Below, in pieces: positions 1 through 10,417 of a stretch of 64,000 nt of DNA (positions within the stretch are counted from its first letter, which is position 1; each line of letters starts with the position of its first letter). The notes beneath the pieces were generated by a model. The model was not told where the DNA came from, made no database searches, and worked only from the letters and a program-made list of their open reading frames with translations. The position numbers and the translations under genes were made by a program. The stretch is from an uncultured Gammaproteobacteria bacterium (lineage in GTDB: Bacteria; Pseudomonadota; Gammaproteobacteria; JAURND01). Where the stretch lies: the NCBI GenBank assembly GCA_963813895.1, contig CAWFAS010000004.1, forward strand, positions 571,798 to 635,797. Direction: 5' to 3'.

Positions 1-243
1 AGCTTGTCCTATAAATTGGCCCGTACTTTTTTCAAACACCGAGCAAAAGTCCATGCCATATCGCTCTTGATAGCCGATAGCCAGGGTTAAAAATTCCTCC
101 ACTTGATTCTGGGTCTGGATATTACCATTGCCGATATAACGCATGACTTCAGGATTGGTACGTAACTTTAACAACGCTGACAAATCATCACGGGTTGAAA
201 ACTTCAACAACAATCGGTTAGTTTCTAAAAATAATGTATTCAT
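1..243 (-). CDS. RimJ/RimL-type GNAT acetyltransferase, partial (runs off the left edge)
   Basis: Manual translation, open to base 1: MNTLFLETNRLLLKFSTRDDLSALLKLRTNPEVMRYIGNG...; LETxRLxL and xPEVMRY are typical RimJ/RimL N-terminal motifs. Confidence 0.8.
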   Translation of the reverse strand, partial: MNTLFLETNRLLLKFSTRDDLSALLKLRTNPEVMRYIGNGNIQTQNQVEEFLTLAIGYQERYGMDFCSVFEKSTGQFIGQA

Positions 244-262
244 AGTTAAGTACATTAAAAAA

Positions 263-2752
263 TTATTTACTGTCCTGTGCATCAGATGATGGATTCTGCA
301 CGATGTGATCTTTATTCATTTTCCCGTCAGTTGAATGCGACTGCTGATGAAAATTACTGAGATATTCCTGCGTCTTAGCCTGCACAAATTGATCTGCCAT
401 GGCTTGCGCCTGTGCTGGATGCCTCACCATGATTTCTTCCACATCGCGGTTAGAATGGCCACTATGTTGTAATTGTTCCATGAACGCTTGTGTAGCATTG
501 CTGTTGATGTTATCAGCTTTTTCCTGACTCATGCTAGCTACCTCGCGATAACTTTGCGCTTGCTGGAATTGTAGACTTGCTGATTGTTGTTCCTGATGCG
601 CTCTTTCCATGGAGGAGGAAATGTTATGTAGCAACCGCTCTCCTTCTTCGGTAGAAGCGCGGAAACTCCCCTCTGAAACTGCCCGCAAAACATGATCCAT
701 GTTCTGGCTATAGCTGGCATTACCACTCAGTTCCTGAGAATCCGCATGCGACTGCTGTTTGGCTTGGCTGCCTGTCCAAGATTGACTGACACCTCCACTG
801 ACTGAAGCAGAAGCTTTGATCGGCAAGGCCCCTGGTAAGCCTACACCCACGCTCCCTTGCGCGCCGATTGTAGCTGTATGGCTTTGTGAGGAAGTTTTAG
901 ATTGACTATTGCTATCAGTTACCCGATTGCTTTGCTGCACCATTTGACTGAGAGCTTGCGTAGCACTGGCGCTGTCACTGGTAACAAAAGACTGACTGTG
1001 CGATTCAGAAATTCCCTGCTGTACACTCAGCTCTTGCACACCTCGTTCTGCTTCCGAGATTGCCTCACTATAAGCTTGTTGATGGCTTAACGCAGTTGAA
1101 TAAGCCGAGTCCGACTGCTGCATAGCCGTGCTGCGGATGGATGAAGCCAGATTAACAGTGGTGCCTAAATTGGAAATGGCACCTTGGTTATTCATCACAG
1201 CCGAACCATCTGGAGTAATGCTCAACATGGAGCCACCCGGCATTTGGCTGGTGATCATACCGGAAAATGTTCTGGCCGTAGTGTCAAAATGGTTGGCGGA
1301 AGTGTTATGTGCGTTATGTGTACTGAAATGGGTGTTTGCCAGGCTGAAGTTGCCGCTGGCCGCTTCTCCAGCGCTAGCCGATGCACTGGATTGCAATGCC
1401 CCGCCCACATATTGCGCAGCGTGTGACAGCATTCGGTGCATCCCTCCTACAATGCCAGTCACCAGTAAGGGTACGCTGAGCGAAAGATAGCCAGCCAGGC
1501 TCGACATATCAGCGTTCACCTGTGCCAACCCAGAGACGGTGGAAAGCGTTAATCCTTGCGTATTACCAGGTAGCGTAGCTGCACCCAAGCTATGGTACTG
1601 CGCATAAAAATTCATAAAGAGATTAATAATCGCATATAGAGGTGCCCACAGCTGCACCCACAGCAATGAATACGCATAATTACGCAGCACCACCAAGCCG
1701 AAGGGAAACAGCAGCATCACAAAAACAAATATAAATGAGCCGTACAAAATGCCTTCAAAAATGTTTTTAAGTAACGGCAACCAATAAGCAGCCATATCAC
1801 CGATGGTACGATTGCTGATACGATTTTGTTGTTGCGCTTTGTTGAATGCATAAGATTCCAACGCGGCAGGCGCTTTACTACGCGCACCCCACCCTAAGAT
1901 GCCATTTTGCAAAGCATTAGCCATCATATTCTGCTGCATCAAACTGGAGGCATCCTCGGACAAATTGGTGAGAAAATCATAGCTGACAGGCAAGTATTGC
2001 AATAATTGGGCTTTGGCATTCGTTTGATTGGGAAACAGCCTGGCACCATAGCGTTCTTCCGCCTGCTCGATGGCTGTTTGCCAATCCTTAGCCAGTGATC
2101 CCACCCCATCTTTACAGGTGACGACGGTGTGGTTATACATGAAGGCTCTGGCTGGAGAAGCATTCTGGGTTACAAATTGCCAAATGTTAGGAGTTGTTAG
2201 TAAGTCCTGCGCTGAATATTTATTGAGCAGGATGTCATAAAACACACACTGGTTGATAAAATCCTGCAGGTTATCTTCAAAGACGGGGTCTGTGATCTGG
2301 AAAGTACTAGCTGCCGTCACCAGGCTGGAAGCCATCACCATGCCAGTCTGACCGTAATGCAGATCATCCGGTAGAGAAAAATTTTGTTCGGTCAATTGGG
2401 TTAAGCTATCACCGATGACACTGGTGTAACTGGCCAGCACGGCTAAGCCTAGTGGCACATTATCTACTGCATAAACCTTGCCTTGCGCCACCCGGTCAAC
2501 GATATTAACCGTAGCCTTGGGGAAAAACACCACATAAAAGGCCAAATAATACAAAGCGAACCAGCGTACCAGTACCGTCAAGCTGCGCTTGCCGACCAGA
2601 TCCAGCATAGCCCATGCACCCGCTATGCCAATGGCTAGATGAATCAAAGTACTGTAAGCTGAATCAGTGTTCATGGCGGCGGCGATGGCGTTAAATACTT
2701 CGCGCAAAATATCGCCGTTACCATAGGTGACGACTGAAAGTTCTATGGCCAT
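263..2752 (-). CDS. traG: F-type conjugal transfer mating-pair stabilisation protein TraG
   Basis: TraG_N-like multi-TM N-terminus (TYGNGDIL..VFNAIAA, LWVQLWAPLYAIIN), Ser/Gln-rich C-terminus, follows traH. Confidence 0.9.
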   Translation of the reverse strand: MAIELSVVTYGNGDILREVFNAIAAAMNTDSAYSTLIHLAIGIAGAWAMLDLVGKRSLTVLVRWFALYYLAFYVVFFPKATVNIVDRVAQGKVYAVDNVPLGLAVLASYTSVIGDSLTQLTEQNFSLPDDLHYGQTGMVMASSLVTAASTFQITDPVFEDNLQDFINQCVFYDILLNKYSAQDLLTTPNIWQFVTQNASPARAFMYNHTVVTCKDGVGSLAKDWQTAIEQAEERYGARLFPNQTNAKAQLLQYLPVSYDFLTNLSEDASSLMQQNMMANALQNGILGWGARSKAPAALESYAFNKAQQQNRISNRTIGDMAAYWLPLLKNIFEGILYGSFIFVFVMLLFPFGLVVLRNYAYSLLWVQLWAPLYAIINLFMNFYAQYHSLGAATLPGNTQGLTLSTVSGLAQVNADMSSLAGYLSLSVPLLVTGIVGGMHRMLSHAAQYVGGALQSSASASAGEAASGNFSLANTHFSTHNAHNTSANHFDTTARTFSGMITSQMPGGSMLSITPDGSAVMNNQGAISNLGTTVNLASSIRSTAMQQSDSAYSTALSHQQAYSEAISEAERGVQELSVQQGISESHSQSFVTSDSASATQALSQMVQQSNRVTDSNSQSKTSSQSHTATIGAQGSVGVGLPGALPIKASASVSGGVSQSWTGSQAKQQSHADSQELSGNASYSQNMDHVLRAVSEGSFRASTEEGERLLHNISSSMERAHQEQQSASLQFQQAQSYREVASMSQEKADNINSNATQAFMEQLQHSGHSNRDVEEIMVRHPAQAQAMADQFVQAKTQEYLSNFHQQSHSTDGKMNKDHIVQNPSSDAQDSK

Positions 2753-2808
2753 AATGAATGAATCCTATTGTTTCTAAAATATGTGTTTTAAGTAATTTTG
2801 GAGAAAAT

Positions 2809-3537
2809 ATGACGAAAATTTCTAAAATAGGTTTAATAGGAGACTATAACGACAAGGTTGTTGCTCACAGAGCCATTCCTTTAGCTCTTGAATTAGCAGC
2901 CAAACATCATAAGACAGAAGTAACCTGGGAATGGTTAGCAACCTCTGCTTTAACAACAGATGTTAATGAGCTGAATAGATTCTCCGCTATCTGGATAACC
3001 CCAGGCAGTCCCTATGCAAATATGGAAGGTGTTTTGCAAACGATTCGCTTTGCACGTGAAACGAAAAAGCCTTTATTAGGTACATGCGGCGGTTTTCAAC
3101 ACACGTTAATTGAATATGCCAGAAATGTATGCCAGATAGTTGACGCTGATCACGCCGAGACTGCCTCAGAAAAATCCTCTCTCATAGTCACACCATTAGC
3201 TTGCTCCTTACGTGAAAAAACAGGAACAATTACTTTCTTAAAAGGTACTCAACTGTACAAAATCTATGAGGGAAAATCCGCTGAGGAAGGCTATTACTGT
3301 AATTATGGTTTGAATGCGCAGTGGAAATCCAAGTTAGAAAAATCAGGCTTATATTTTTCTGGTTTTGATCCTGAATCTGAAGTGCGGGCATTCGAATTGC
3401 CTAGCCATCCCTTTTTTATTGGTGTGCTTTTTCAGCCGGAACGATCGGCACTGCAAGAAAGATATCATCCTTTAATTCAGGCGTTTGTTGAAGCTGCGAT
3501 TCTAGCCAAGATCATATCTAATGAAAAACCCATTTAA
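2809..3537 (+). CDS. Stand-alone CTP-synthase-like glutamine amidotransferase domain protein
   Basis: IGLIGDY, PGSPY, LGTCGGFQH nucleophile elbow, GVLFQPE; no synthase domain; start 2809 preferred over 2758. Confidence 0.8.
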   Translation: MTKISKIGLIGDYNDKVVAHRAIPLALELAAKHHKTEVTWEWLATSALTTDVNELNRFSAIWITPGSPYANMEGVLQTIRFARETKKPLLGTCGGFQHTLIEYARNVCQIVDADHAETASEKSSLIVTPLACSLREKTGTITFLKGTQLYKIYEGKSAEEGYYCNYGLNAQWKSKLEKSGLYFSGFDPESEVRAFELPSHPFFIGVLFQPERSALQERYHPLIQAFVEAAILAKIISNEKPI

Positions 3538-3571
3538 CTATGAAGATTTTTAATCACCCGTAGGAATAGCA

Positions 3572-3969
3572 ATGGAAGATCTAGCTCTTGATTTAGCTCA
3601 GCAATACATGAATGGTTGGAAGCAAAATAATTTACCTCTAATTATTTCTTGCTTGACAAAAAACTGTATTGTCATTGAATCACACGGCCCGACGTATCAT
3701 GGCATAGAAGCCATTGAACGATGGTTCAAATTTTGGATGGAAGCAAAAGCGCCATAATCCATTGGAATCTACATAGCTTTTATTATTGCGAAAATAAATC
3801 GACCGCTTTTGTTGAGTGGGATTTTGCCTGCACCTCAAACGATACTAAGTACGCATTTTCAGGCTGTAGTCTTTACAAATTCTTAAATCAAAAGATTGAT
3901 GTTATTCAGGAATATCGCATGACACACCATGCATATCCCTGGCGTGGTGATACTTTAACCTCAGAATAA
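3572..3969 (+). pseudogene. NTF2/SnoaL-like protein split by a 1-bp frameshift
   Basis: ORFs 3572-3757 and 3721-3969 join as WMEAKSAIIHW if one A is added to the run at 3745-3748. Confidence 0.7.
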
Positions 3970-4022
3970 AATAATGAAACTGGTCAATATGAAGTTCATT
4001 TTGTATTTCTAGACAACAGATT

Positions 4023-4685
4023 TTAATCTCTTTTTTTCAGAATATTATAAATTGATGCCCGAGAAACACCGACTGCTTCAGATATGGTCGATACGGCATT
4101 GCGCAGATGCAGAAATCCTGAATCCTCTAATACTTTTATTAGTTCACCTCTTTGTTTTAAGGATAAATTTCTAGGATTGGCATTTTTTTGCGCTGCGAAA
4201 TTTTCTATTGTCTCACGAAGCTCCAGCATTGTTTTGGTACGCAAGCTTTCCTTTATAGCTAGCGTTGGCTCGGTTGATATGAATTGTTTTAAAACATGTT
4301 GCATGGATGAAAAGAGCGAAACATCTAAATTAAGACAAATGGCAGCTATATATTTTCCTTTACTATTTTTCAGTCCGATGGATGTGCTTTTAACTGCTCT
4401 GCCGTCAGGAAATGTATTAGGGTAATTTTGAACGATTTCCGGAAATTCTGGGTCATTAATGCGAGCTAAGCCTAATTCTGTTGTTGCCTCTCCTATGTTG
4501 CGGCCTGAAAGGGGGCATTCTATTGCCATGATAGATTGGTTAGGTTGAGTGAGATCATGTAACACGACTTCACAACAAGGATAAAACATTTTACCGATCG
4601 CAGTGACAATTTTCTTTGCTTCTCGCAGTAAAATGGCATTTTCTTCACCCAATAAGGGTAATTTTGGACGAATCTTTTTAGGCAT
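4023..4685 (-). CDS. YheO/DauR-like regulator (PAS + HTH)
   Basis: CEVVLHDL, SGRNIG, KSTSIGL..ICLN; C-terminal VSRASIYNIL HTH. Confidence 0.85.
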   Translation of the reverse strand: MPKKIRPKLPLLGEENAILLREAKKIVTAIGKMFYPCCEVVLHDLTQPNQSIMAIECPLSGRNIGEATTELGLARINDPEFPEIVQNYPNTFPDGRAVKSTSIGLKNSKGKYIAAICLNLDVSLFSSMQHVLKQFISTEPTLAIKESLRTKTMLELRETIENFAAQKNANPRNLSLKQRGELIKVLEDSGFLHLRNAVSTISEAVGVSRASIYNILKKRD

Positions 4686-4702
4686 AGTTTAGAAAAAATG
4701 AG

Positions 4703-4745
4703 TTGACAATTTGTATAATATTATACATAATGTTATAAATGTCAA
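4703..4745. promoter_or_regulatory. Divergent promoters with a palindromic operator
   Basis: TTGACA at 4703 and TGTCAA at 4740 face opposite ways around the perfect 16-bp palindrome TGTATAATATTATACA (4712-4727). Confidence 0.6.
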
Positions 4746-4819
4746 GGGGGGTTGGGAAGCCTTTTCAATGAATCTCTCACGGCTAATATGTACAATTTTT
4801 AAAAATCGAGTCAAATTAT

Positions 4820-5536
4820 ATGAGCAAATTCTTCTTAGTAACTGGGGCAACTAAAGGCATTGGGCTTTCCATTGTTCAGCGTTTAGTTGGACAAGGTCAT
4901 GAAGTGATCGGAGTTGCTCGAACAAATTCCCCTAAATTTCCTGGCATATTTTATGCAATCGACCTGAGTGATCCCATTGCAACATTAGAAGGCTTCAAGG
5001 CTATAGATAATAAATACTGTATTCATGGTGTGGTAAACAATGTGGGTATAGCGATGCCACAACCATTTGCCGAAATTCAGTTGAGTGATTTTGAAACGGT
5101 ATGGGATTTGAATTGCCGTCCAGCATTGCAAGCGGTTCAGATTTTCACACCTAATATGATCGAAAATCACTGGGGAAGAATCATCAATATCACAAGTCGG
5201 GCAGTGTTAGGGGCAGAAAATCGAAGCAGTTACGGTGCTGCAAAAGCTGCCTTAGGCAATTTAACTCGTACCTGGGCATTAGAGTTGGCGAAAACAGGCA
5301 TTACTGTTAACGCAATTGCTCCTGGCCCTACGGAAACTGAGCTATTTCGTCAAAAACACCCTGTAGGTAGTGAGGCTGAACTCAAAACCATAAGTACTAT
5401 CCCGATGGGCCGCTTGGGCAAGCCAGATGAGATTGCAGCTGTGGTTGAGTTTTTATTATCCGATAGCTCTAGCTTTATGACTGGCCAAACATTGTACGTC
5501 GATGGTGGAGGCAGTATTGGCCGGCGCCTTGACTAG
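4820..5536 (+). CDS. Short-chain dehydrogenase/reductase
   Basis: TGATKGIG, NNVG, YGAAK motifs. Confidence 0.9.
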   Translation: MSKFFLVTGATKGIGLSIVQRLVGQGHEVIGVARTNSPKFPGIFYAIDLSDPIATLEGFKAIDNKYCIHGVVNNVGIAMPQPFAEIQLSDFETVWDLNCRPALQAVQIFTPNMIENHWGRIINITSRAVLGAENRSSYGAAKAALGNLTRTWALELAKTGITVNAIAPGPTETELFRQKHPVGSEAELKTISTIPMGRLGKPDEIAAVVEFLLSDSSSFMTGQTLYVDGGGSIGRRLD

Positions 5537-5589
5537 AAGAGGCTTATAAAATTCAATGTGGTTGCACTATTAATTCTTGGAGATTGTAA

Positions 5590-6567
5590 ATGAACGAAAC
5601 TAATTTATCGGTTACTTATGATGATATTATAAATGCAGCAGCAAGGTTAAAAAATATTGCACACCATACTCCAGTACTCACCTCATCTCAAGCAAACAAA
5701 ATAACCGGAGCACACGTATTTTTTAAATGTGAAAATTTTCAACGGATTGGGGCATTTAAATTCCGTGGCGCATACAATGCCATTAGCCAGCTCACCCATG
5801 CGCAAAAACAAAAAGGCGTTGTTGCTTTTTCATCCGGTAATCATGCCCAAGCCATTGCATTAGCTGCACAGCTATTAAATGTCCCTGCCACTATCGTGAT
5901 GCCCACTGATGCTCCTAGTGTCAAATTAGCCGCAACACGCGGTTATGGGGCAACAATAGCGCTTTATGACCGAAAAAATGCGAATAGAGAGGAGATTGCA
6001 GCCAATTTAGTGGAGCAGCATGGTTTTACCTTGATTCCACCCTATGACCATCCTGATGTGATTGCAGGGCAAGGTACCGCAGCCAAAGAGTTGTTTGAAG
6101 AAGTTGGGGAGCTTGATTACCTTTTCGTGCCAGTCGGTGGAGGTGGACTCATCTCTGGCTCAGCCATTTCTGCTGCGCATTTATCGCCACAATGTGCGGT
6201 GATTGGCGTAGAACCTGAAGCTGGAAATGATGCCCAACAATCCTTGGAAGCAAAAAAAATTGTTCGTATTCCCGTACCAGATACTATCGCGGATGGGGCG
6301 CAAACCCAATTCGTGGGAAAGTTGGTGCTACCTATTTTAATGAAGCACGTTAAAAATATAGTCACAGTCAGTGACGATCAATTGCGTGAACAAATGCATT
6401 TTTTTGCAGAGCGAATGAAAATCATCGTTGAACCTACAGGCTGTCTTGGCGCTGCTGCTGTTTTTAATAAAAAAGTAGATGTTCAGGGTGCGCGAATCGG
6501 CGTGATTCTCAGTGGTGGTAATGTCGAAATGAGCAAATTTTGTGATTCTGTGAGGAGTGCTGTATGA
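5590..6567 (+). CDS. PLP-dependent threo-3-hydroxyaspartate ammonia-lyase / serine-threonine dehydratase family
   Basis: KCENFQRIGAFKFRGA, SSGNHAQA, PVGGGGLISG, LSGGN. Confidence 0.88.
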   Translation: MNETNLSVTYDDIINAAARLKNIAHHTPVLTSSQANKITGAHVFFKCENFQRIGAFKFRGAYNAISQLTHAQKQKGVVAFSSGNHAQAIALAAQLLNVPATIVMPTDAPSVKLAATRGYGATIALYDRKNANREEIAANLVEQHGFTLIPPYDHPDVIAGQGTAAKELFEEVGELDYLFVPVGGGGLISGSAISAAHLSPQCAVIGVEPEAGNDAQQSLEAKKIVRIPVPDTIADGAQTQFVGKLVLPILMKHVKNIVTVSDDQLREQMHFFAERMKIIVEPTGCLGAAAVFNKKVDVQGARIGVILSGGNVEMSKFCDSVRSAV

Positions 6568-6947
6568 ATTTCATTGAAACAAACCTAGCCCCTCTCCCAG
6601 GCGGCCATTACTCCCAAGCGGTTGTATCTAATGGATTGATCTTTGTTTCTGGCGTTTTACCTTTGATTCCAGGCCAAGGGCTGAAAATACCGGACGGGAT
6701 TATCGCCCAAACAGAACAAATTCTTCACAACCTTCGGGCTATCTTAGAAGCGTCCGGCGCTAATCTCCATTCTCTTGTTAACGTGCAGGTATTCATCACA
6801 AATATCGACTTCTGGAAAGAAGTGAATGATGTTTATCAAAAGGCACTTGGCTCACATAAACCAGCTCGCACGGTGATTCCATGCGGCAGTTCATTACATT
6901 ACGGCGCGTTAATTGAAATGTGTGCAACTGCAGAAATACCCATTTGA
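6564..6947 (+). CDS. RidA/YjgF family imine deaminase
   Basis: GHYSQAV, FVSG, PAR, LIE motifs; overlaps the lyase stop. Confidence 0.88.
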   Translation: MNFIETNLAPLPGGHYSQAVVSNGLIFVSGVLPLIPGQGLKIPDGIIAQTEQILHNLRAILEASGANLHSLVNVQVFITNIDFWKEVNDVYQKALGSHKPARTVIPCGSSLHYGALIEMCATAEIPI

Positions 6948-7007
6948 ATCTAGATATATGCTAAAACATTTCATAAAAACCAGTTTGAACCTCGATCGAG
7001 AATTTAC

Positions 7008-7964
7008 ATGGCAAGTATAAATGCGCTTTTCCCTCCTATTGAGCCTTACCATACTGAATTTGTAAATGTATCACCATTACATACTGTCTATGTTGAAGAA
7101 TGTGGCAATCCTTGCGGAAAACCCGTGCTATTTATTCATGGCGGTCCTGGCGGTGGTATCCGCCCCTTCCATAGAACTTTTTTTAATCCATTATATTATC
7201 GCATCATTTTAGTAGATCAACGTGGTTGCGGAAAAAGTACGCCTCATGCGGAAATACAGGAAAATACACTGCAAGACTTGATCGATGATTTTGAAAAAAT
7301 ACGCAGATTACTTAAAATTGATCAGTGGATGTTATTTGGCGGCTCATGGGGATCTACTTTGGCACTGGCCTATGCACAAACGCATCCTGACTGTGTTTCA
7401 GAACTAGTACTTAGAGGGATATTTTTGGGTCGGCAAAAAGAATTAGAATTTATATATCAATATGGAGCAAGTGAAGTTTTTCCAGAAGCCTGGGAACAAT
7501 ATGTTGCCTTAATCCCTACGGATGAACGCACTGACTTGGTCGCAGCTTATCAAAAACGTCTATTTGGGTCAGATAAAAATTTACAATATCAAGCAGCTCA
7601 AGCATGGGCTAGTTGGGAGGCAAGCATCAGCAAATTAGTTTATGACCAAGATTTTGTTGACACTTACAATGATCCTGAGTTTGCACTAGCCATGGCGCGT
7701 ATTGAAAATCATTATTTTATGAACCATTTATTTTTGGAACCCAATCAATTATTACGCGATATTTGTAAAATCCGTCATGTCCCAGCGGTAATCGTGCATG
7801 GCCGTTATGATATGTGTTGCCCTGTTAGCAATGCATGGGATTTGCATAAAGCGTGGCCTGAATCTGAACTTTTTATTGCGCCGAAATCTGGCCATTCTGC
7901 AACTGAACCAGATATTGTTTCATATTTAATACATGCCACTAATCAACTTGCTATCAAAAGGTGA
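7008..7964 (+). CDS. pip: Prolyl aminopeptidase
   Basis: HGGPG, DQRGCGKS, GGSWGSTL, GRYDMCCP, GHS. Confidence 0.92.
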   Translation: MASINALFPPIEPYHTEFVNVSPLHTVYVEECGNPCGKPVLFIHGGPGGGIRPFHRTFFNPLYYRIILVDQRGCGKSTPHAEIQENTLQDLIDDFEKIRRLLKIDQWMLFGGSWGSTLALAYAQTHPDCVSELVLRGIFLGRQKELEFIYQYGASEVFPEAWEQYVALIPTDERTDLVAAYQKRLFGSDKNLQYQAAQAWASWEASISKLVYDQDFVDTYNDPEFALAMARIENHYFMNHLFLEPNQLLRDICKIRHVPAVIVHGRYDMCCPVSNAWDLHKAWPESELFIAPKSGHSATEPDIVSYLIHATNQLAIKR

Positions 7965-7967
7965 ACG

Positions 7968-8909
7968 ATGAAATCTTTCGCGATTTTAGGTACAGGCGCT
8001 ATTGGTGGCTTTTTCGCCGTTCGTCTGGCCCATGCTCGATTTCCAGTGCATTGCTTATTGCGAAGTGATTTTTCTTTTGTTAAAGAACATGGGCTGACCA
8101 TAGTCTCCTCGGAAGAAAATATTCATGAAAAAGTGCATGCCTATCAAAAAGTATCTATGATGCCAGCCTGTGATGTAATTTTAATCGCATTAAAAACAAC
8201 TCAAAACCACCTACTGAAAGAAATGCTCCCCTCCATTATGCATTCGGAAACTATCGTTGTAATGCTGCAAAATGGTATTGGCATGGAACAAGAGCTTGCC
8301 GAATTTATTCCACAAAAAATTGTAGGCGGTATTTGCAACCTAAAAGTTAGCAAAGAATCTTCTGGAGTTATTCGGCATTTTGGACAGAATTTCATTCAAT
8401 TAGCCCAGCATTACCTCGATGAAACCAAGCAGGATATTCCGCCAGCTATCGAAGAATTGTGTCAAAATTTTCAGCAGGCTGGTATTCCATGCACCGCCAG
8501 GGCACATTTGCCGACTTTGCGCTGGGAGAAATTAGCATCAAATATTCCAGTCAGTGGTTTAACAACTGTATTGGATGCTTCTTTACAAGCATTAGTGGCA
8601 AATCCTGCCAGTTTCTCTCTGTTATGCGCCATCACCCAAGAAGTGATTGATACAGCCAATCAATGCGGCGCTTCATTATCACCTGATTTTTTTCAGTTCA
8701 GACTGAAAATATTAAAATCATTTGTTGACATGGAGAAAAGTTACAGTAGCATGAAAGAAGACTTTGATGCTAAGCGACCTCTGGAGCTGCAGGCTATTTA
8801 TGAAAATGCCATTAACATCGCCAAAGCGCACCATTACAAAATGCCACTAACCGAAATGCTTTATCAGATGCTTTGTTATTTGGAAGATGAAAACAGATTG
8901 ATAAAATGA
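7968..8909 (+). CDS. panE: 2-dehydropantoate 2-reductase family (PanE/ApbA)
   Basis: GTGAIG, LQNGIG, WEKLASN, SSMKED..RPLE. Confidence 0.82.
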   Translation: MKSFAILGTGAIGGFFAVRLAHARFPVHCLLRSDFSFVKEHGLTIVSSEENIHEKVHAYQKVSMMPACDVILIALKTTQNHLLKEMLPSIMHSETIVVMLQNGIGMEQELAEFIPQKIVGGICNLKVSKESSGVIRHFGQNFIQLAQHYLDETKQDIPPAIEELCQNFQQAGIPCTARAHLPTLRWEKLASNIPVSGLTTVLDASLQALVANPASFSLLCAITQEVIDTANQCGASLSPDFFQFRLKILKSFVDMEKSYSSMKEDFDAKRPLELQAIYENAINIAKAHHYKMPLTEMLYQMLCYLEDENRLIK

Positions 8910-9019
8910 ATATCCTCCCATTAAAAAATCCTGTAGATCTTATTGCAATTAAATACTTAATTGATCAAACTCAATTCAAGTTGCAAATCTGACTGGAACA
9001 AATCCAGAAATAGGCGTTT

Positions 9020-10417
9020 TTATTGCCGCAATGAATCTGCCCACTTAAGCGTATTTGTTAATTGCGCCGATAACTGTCCTGCCAACATTTGCTCAATATT
9101 CTGCGTCTGCTCGATCAACTGACTGGCGATGGCTATTTGTGAATAAGCACTTTGCTGAGCGGCACGAATTCCAGCTCTTGCCTGGCTGATGCTGCGTTCG
9201 AATTGTGCCATAATGTTATCTGGATATTGTAAACTGCCGACGCTGGTGTGCACTACTGATAAATTCTCATCCAAGTATTGAAATAAAATATCTGTCGCAA
9301 TCACATCCGAATAGCTGGCGAGATCCATCACGGATTTATCACCAGCAAAGGCACTTTGCACGTTAAGCATTTTGTAAACAGGCAATCGAGTAGCTTGTAG
9401 TAAGCCAATTTCTTCCTGGGTTAAAGCAGTATCTGAAAGAATTTTATCGGTCATGTCGTTTAATAAATTTGCTACTTGTGTTTGTAGCCCAGCATTTTGT
9501 GAAATCGTGATGGTTTGAATAGCGGGATTTAAGCAACCATCACTGGATGTGGTGTCGCAAGCATAGATTTTCGCAGAGCCGCCATGCAACAATGCTTTCA
9601 GTAATTGATCATCAGCGGCTAAAGAAGAAAGCACTTTAAACTGATTACCTGCTTTATCGTTGCCTCCACCTTGCACGATAACTGTCCCAGACAGTGACAT
9701 AAATAATTCTGCAAGCTGTACATCACTACTCAAAAAACTATTTTGTTGAATGGCTTTCCATGCAATATTGCCACTTGCTAATAACATACTCTTATAATCG
9801 GGATTATTACTTGCACCATTTAAAGTTCTAGTCATATCGCCACCAGTACTGCATCCTTCGCGCGCAGCTGCCCAATCAGTAAATATTCCGTTATTAGTGC
9901 CGATATCTTGGCAGACTTGCTGCTGGGCAACATGGGTCTTCGGCCAGGCTGCGCCGACTAGACCTGCAGCAGTTTCGCAGGAATTGATGTTGGCACGATT
10001 GATATCATTGGACAATGTATTGATGTATTTCATGACGTTGGCGATTTCCGGCGTTGTACTTTCCAGCGCCAGATTAAAGGCATAGCCTAAAGAATTATTG
10101 ATGATATTTTGCATGGCTTCGACCAATTGTTTTGAATTCACAAAGGAGAAGCCACCGGTAAATAAGTCAATACCACCACAACCTGAACGAAAACTTGGCA
10201 AGTCAATTTGAACGATCTGGACGTCGCGGACACTGTCTCTAGCAAATAAACTGCCACCACTGTAGAAACCTGCTTCTTGGCTTTGATACGCATTAGGCGC
10301 AGTTTCGTTATTAGAAAACCCCATGCCATTAAAAAAATTATTTAAATCTGAATCGATGCTAGCTTGTGCAGAAGCTATAACAATTAGGCCTAAAAGTAAT
10401 GCTGTTATTTTTTTCAA
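9020..10417 (-). CDS. traH: F-type conjugal transfer protein TraH
   Basis: PSFRSGCGGIDLFTGGFSF signature; probable TTG start overlapping the traF stop. Confidence 0.92.
   Translation of the reverse strand: MKKITALLLGLIVIASAQASIDSDLNNFFNGMGFSNNETAPNAYQSQEAGFYSGGSLFARDSVRDVQIVQIDLPSFRSGCGGIDLFTGGFSFVNSKQLVEAMQNIINNSLGYAFNLALESTTPEIANVMKYINTLSNDINRANINSCETAAGLVGAAWPKTHVAQQQVCQDIGTNNGIFTDWAAAREGCSTGGDMTRTLNGASNNPDYKSMLLASGNIAWKAIQQNSFLSSDVQLAELFMSLSGTVIVQGGGNDKAGNQFKVLSSLAADDQLLKALLHGGSAKIYACDTTSSDGCLNPAIQTITISQNAGLQTQVANLLNDMTDKILSDTALTQEEIGLLQATRLPVYKMLNVQSAFAGDKSVMDLASYSDVIATDILFQYLDENLSVVHTSVGSLQYPDNIMAQFERSISQARAGIRAAQQSAYSQIAIASQLIEQTQNIEQMLAGQLSAQLTNTLKWADSLRQ

Noticed and set aside
95-120. 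Suspected frameshift in the edge GNAT
   Set aside because: Recounting codons shows the frame is open from 243 to 1.
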